6,524 nt of DNA, from assembly GCA_046497275.1 (NCBI GenBank), contig JAWOFX010000065.1, forward strand, positions 1 through 6,524, written 5' to 3'. The translations under genes and the position numbers were made by a program. This DNA is from Promethearchaeia archaeon (GTDB lineage: Archaea > Asgardarchaeota > Lokiarchaeia > Sigyniarchaeales > SOKP01). Positions 5,694 to 6,524 of the stretch are shown in pieces; positions within the stretch are counted from its first letter, which is position 1, and each line of letters starts with the position of its first letter. Below the pieces are notes generated by a model that made no database searches, had not been told where the DNA came from, and worked only from the letters and a program-made list of their open reading frames with translations.

Positions 5694-6524
5694 ATGTCAG
5701 AAAAACAAGATCCAACATGGACTGAGTTATTAAATTCATTCACAGAGGGAGTAGATAACGCTATAGCACATTTAGAAGAACGAGATATAGAAAGAATTCC
5801 TGGTGCAAGAGAGGCGCTTTTAAGACGATTAAATGATATGAAAACCCACTTCCCGAAAAATAATGGAGAAATATTTAAAAAAGCAATAAATGATAAAATT
5901 CAAGAAGCATTTTTTCCTAATACTAGAGATTTTGCTGAAGCATTTGCCCAAATTCTGAAATCACGAACTCATGAACAAGATTTTATAATTAATGAATTAA
6001 TTAATGGATTTGTAACTTCTCGCGCAAAAGCAATTGCCTCAGGTACACAAGTTCCTGTGATAGATCGATTAGTAGAGGCTTTTAGTAGTAGAAATGATTT
6101 TCATATTGTAGATCATCAATTTTTTGCATTATTTGGTGATCCAAATAAACCTAGAAAATATGTTAAAAAACAATTAGAAGAATTAATAAATCTATTTGGG
6201 TTAATTTCAAAAGAACTTGTAGTTGAGAAAGATGTAAGAAAAAGTGAAAGAAAAGTTTATACATTTTATACTTTTCCCGATGACATATTGGCAATTTTAG
6301 AGGAGAAGTATATTATTATTGATGAAGAATTAGGATATGCATACGTATCCGAAGCTTTTGACAGAAATGTATTTATTTGTATGTTTTTAGCTAATGTTGC
6401 GATAAATTGGGATAATTTAAAGAAAATTGGTGGAGAATATACTATAAATGGTATTTGTGCGATTTTTGCTCTCATCTTATTATTAAGTTTTATGCCGAAA
6501 GTATCTGTAAGCGAAGATAATCCA
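5694..6524 (+). CDS. Hypothetical protein, 3'-truncated (277 aa visible), with an N-terminal helical region and a probable winged-helix segment
   Basis: ATG 5694 lies 5 nt after the upstream stop and the frame stays open to the window end (MSEKQDPTWTELLNSFTEGV...SFMPKVSVSEDNP). It is missing from the ORF track, presumably because no stop lies in the window. Confidence 0.88.
   Translation, partial: MSEKQDPTWTELLNSFTEGVDNAIAHLEERDIERIPGAREALLRRLNDMKTHFPKNNGEIFKKAINDKIQEAFFPNTRDFAEAFAQILKSRTHEQDFIINELINGFVTSRAKAIASGTQVPVIDRLVEAFSSRNDFHIVDHQFFALFGDPNKPRKYVKKQLEELINLFGLISKELVVEKDVRKSERKVYTFYTFPDDILAILEEKYIIIDEELGYAYVSEAFDRNVFICMFLANVAINWDNLKKIGGEYTINGICAIFALILLLSFMPKVSVSEDNP

Noticed and set aside
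5408-5743. 111-aa minus-strand ORF with apparent hydrophobic segments
   Set aside because: Antisense to two real CDS; the Leu/Phe richness derives from Lys/Glu codons on the sense strand.
6266-6475. 69-aa minus-strand ORF
   Set aside because: Antisense to the longer 5694->6524 ORF, which fits the operon spacing.
3588-6524. Calling the trio a Wadjet/MksBEF or ESCRT-II locus
   Set aside because: No SMC ATPase, Toprim nuclease or ESCRT signature is visible in the window, and wHTH resemblance alone is insufficient.
1-6524. Selenocysteine or other recoding, RNA genes and mobile elements
   Set aside because: All six visible stops of accepted CDS are TAA, with no in-frame TGA. No tRNA cloverleaf, rRNA, transposase or terminal inverted repeats were seen.

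Overview
AT-rich archaeal window, most likely Asgard (Lokiarchaeia-like). That assignment is inferred from an archaeal/eukaryotic-type Elf1, low GC and Asgard-style hypothetical proteins; no marker gene confirms it. There are seven credible CDS: (1) the 3' end of a coiled-coil protein; (2) a 146-aa protein with a coiled coil, (GPPG)n repeat and C-terminal basic amphipathic helix, resembling a miniature actin nucleation-promoting factor or Ena/VASP-type regulator; (3) a 580-aa orphan; (4) on the minus strand, Elf1 with a ~117-aa C-terminal extension; and a divergently oriented, tightly spaced trio of (5) a probable winged-helix plus helical protein, (6) an internally duplicated [Zn-ribbon + PC4-like] x2 protein and (7) a 3'-truncated ORF missing from the supplied track. 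The two best leads are the candidate proto-WAVE/WASH/VASP-like actin regulator at 355-795 and a candidate transcription or transcription-coupled-repair module around the extended Elf1 and the tandem PC4-like protein. All fold assignments come from reading motifs by eye and from eukaryotic sequences recalled from memory; none was searched. No rRNA, tRNA, CRISPR array or mobile element was seen.
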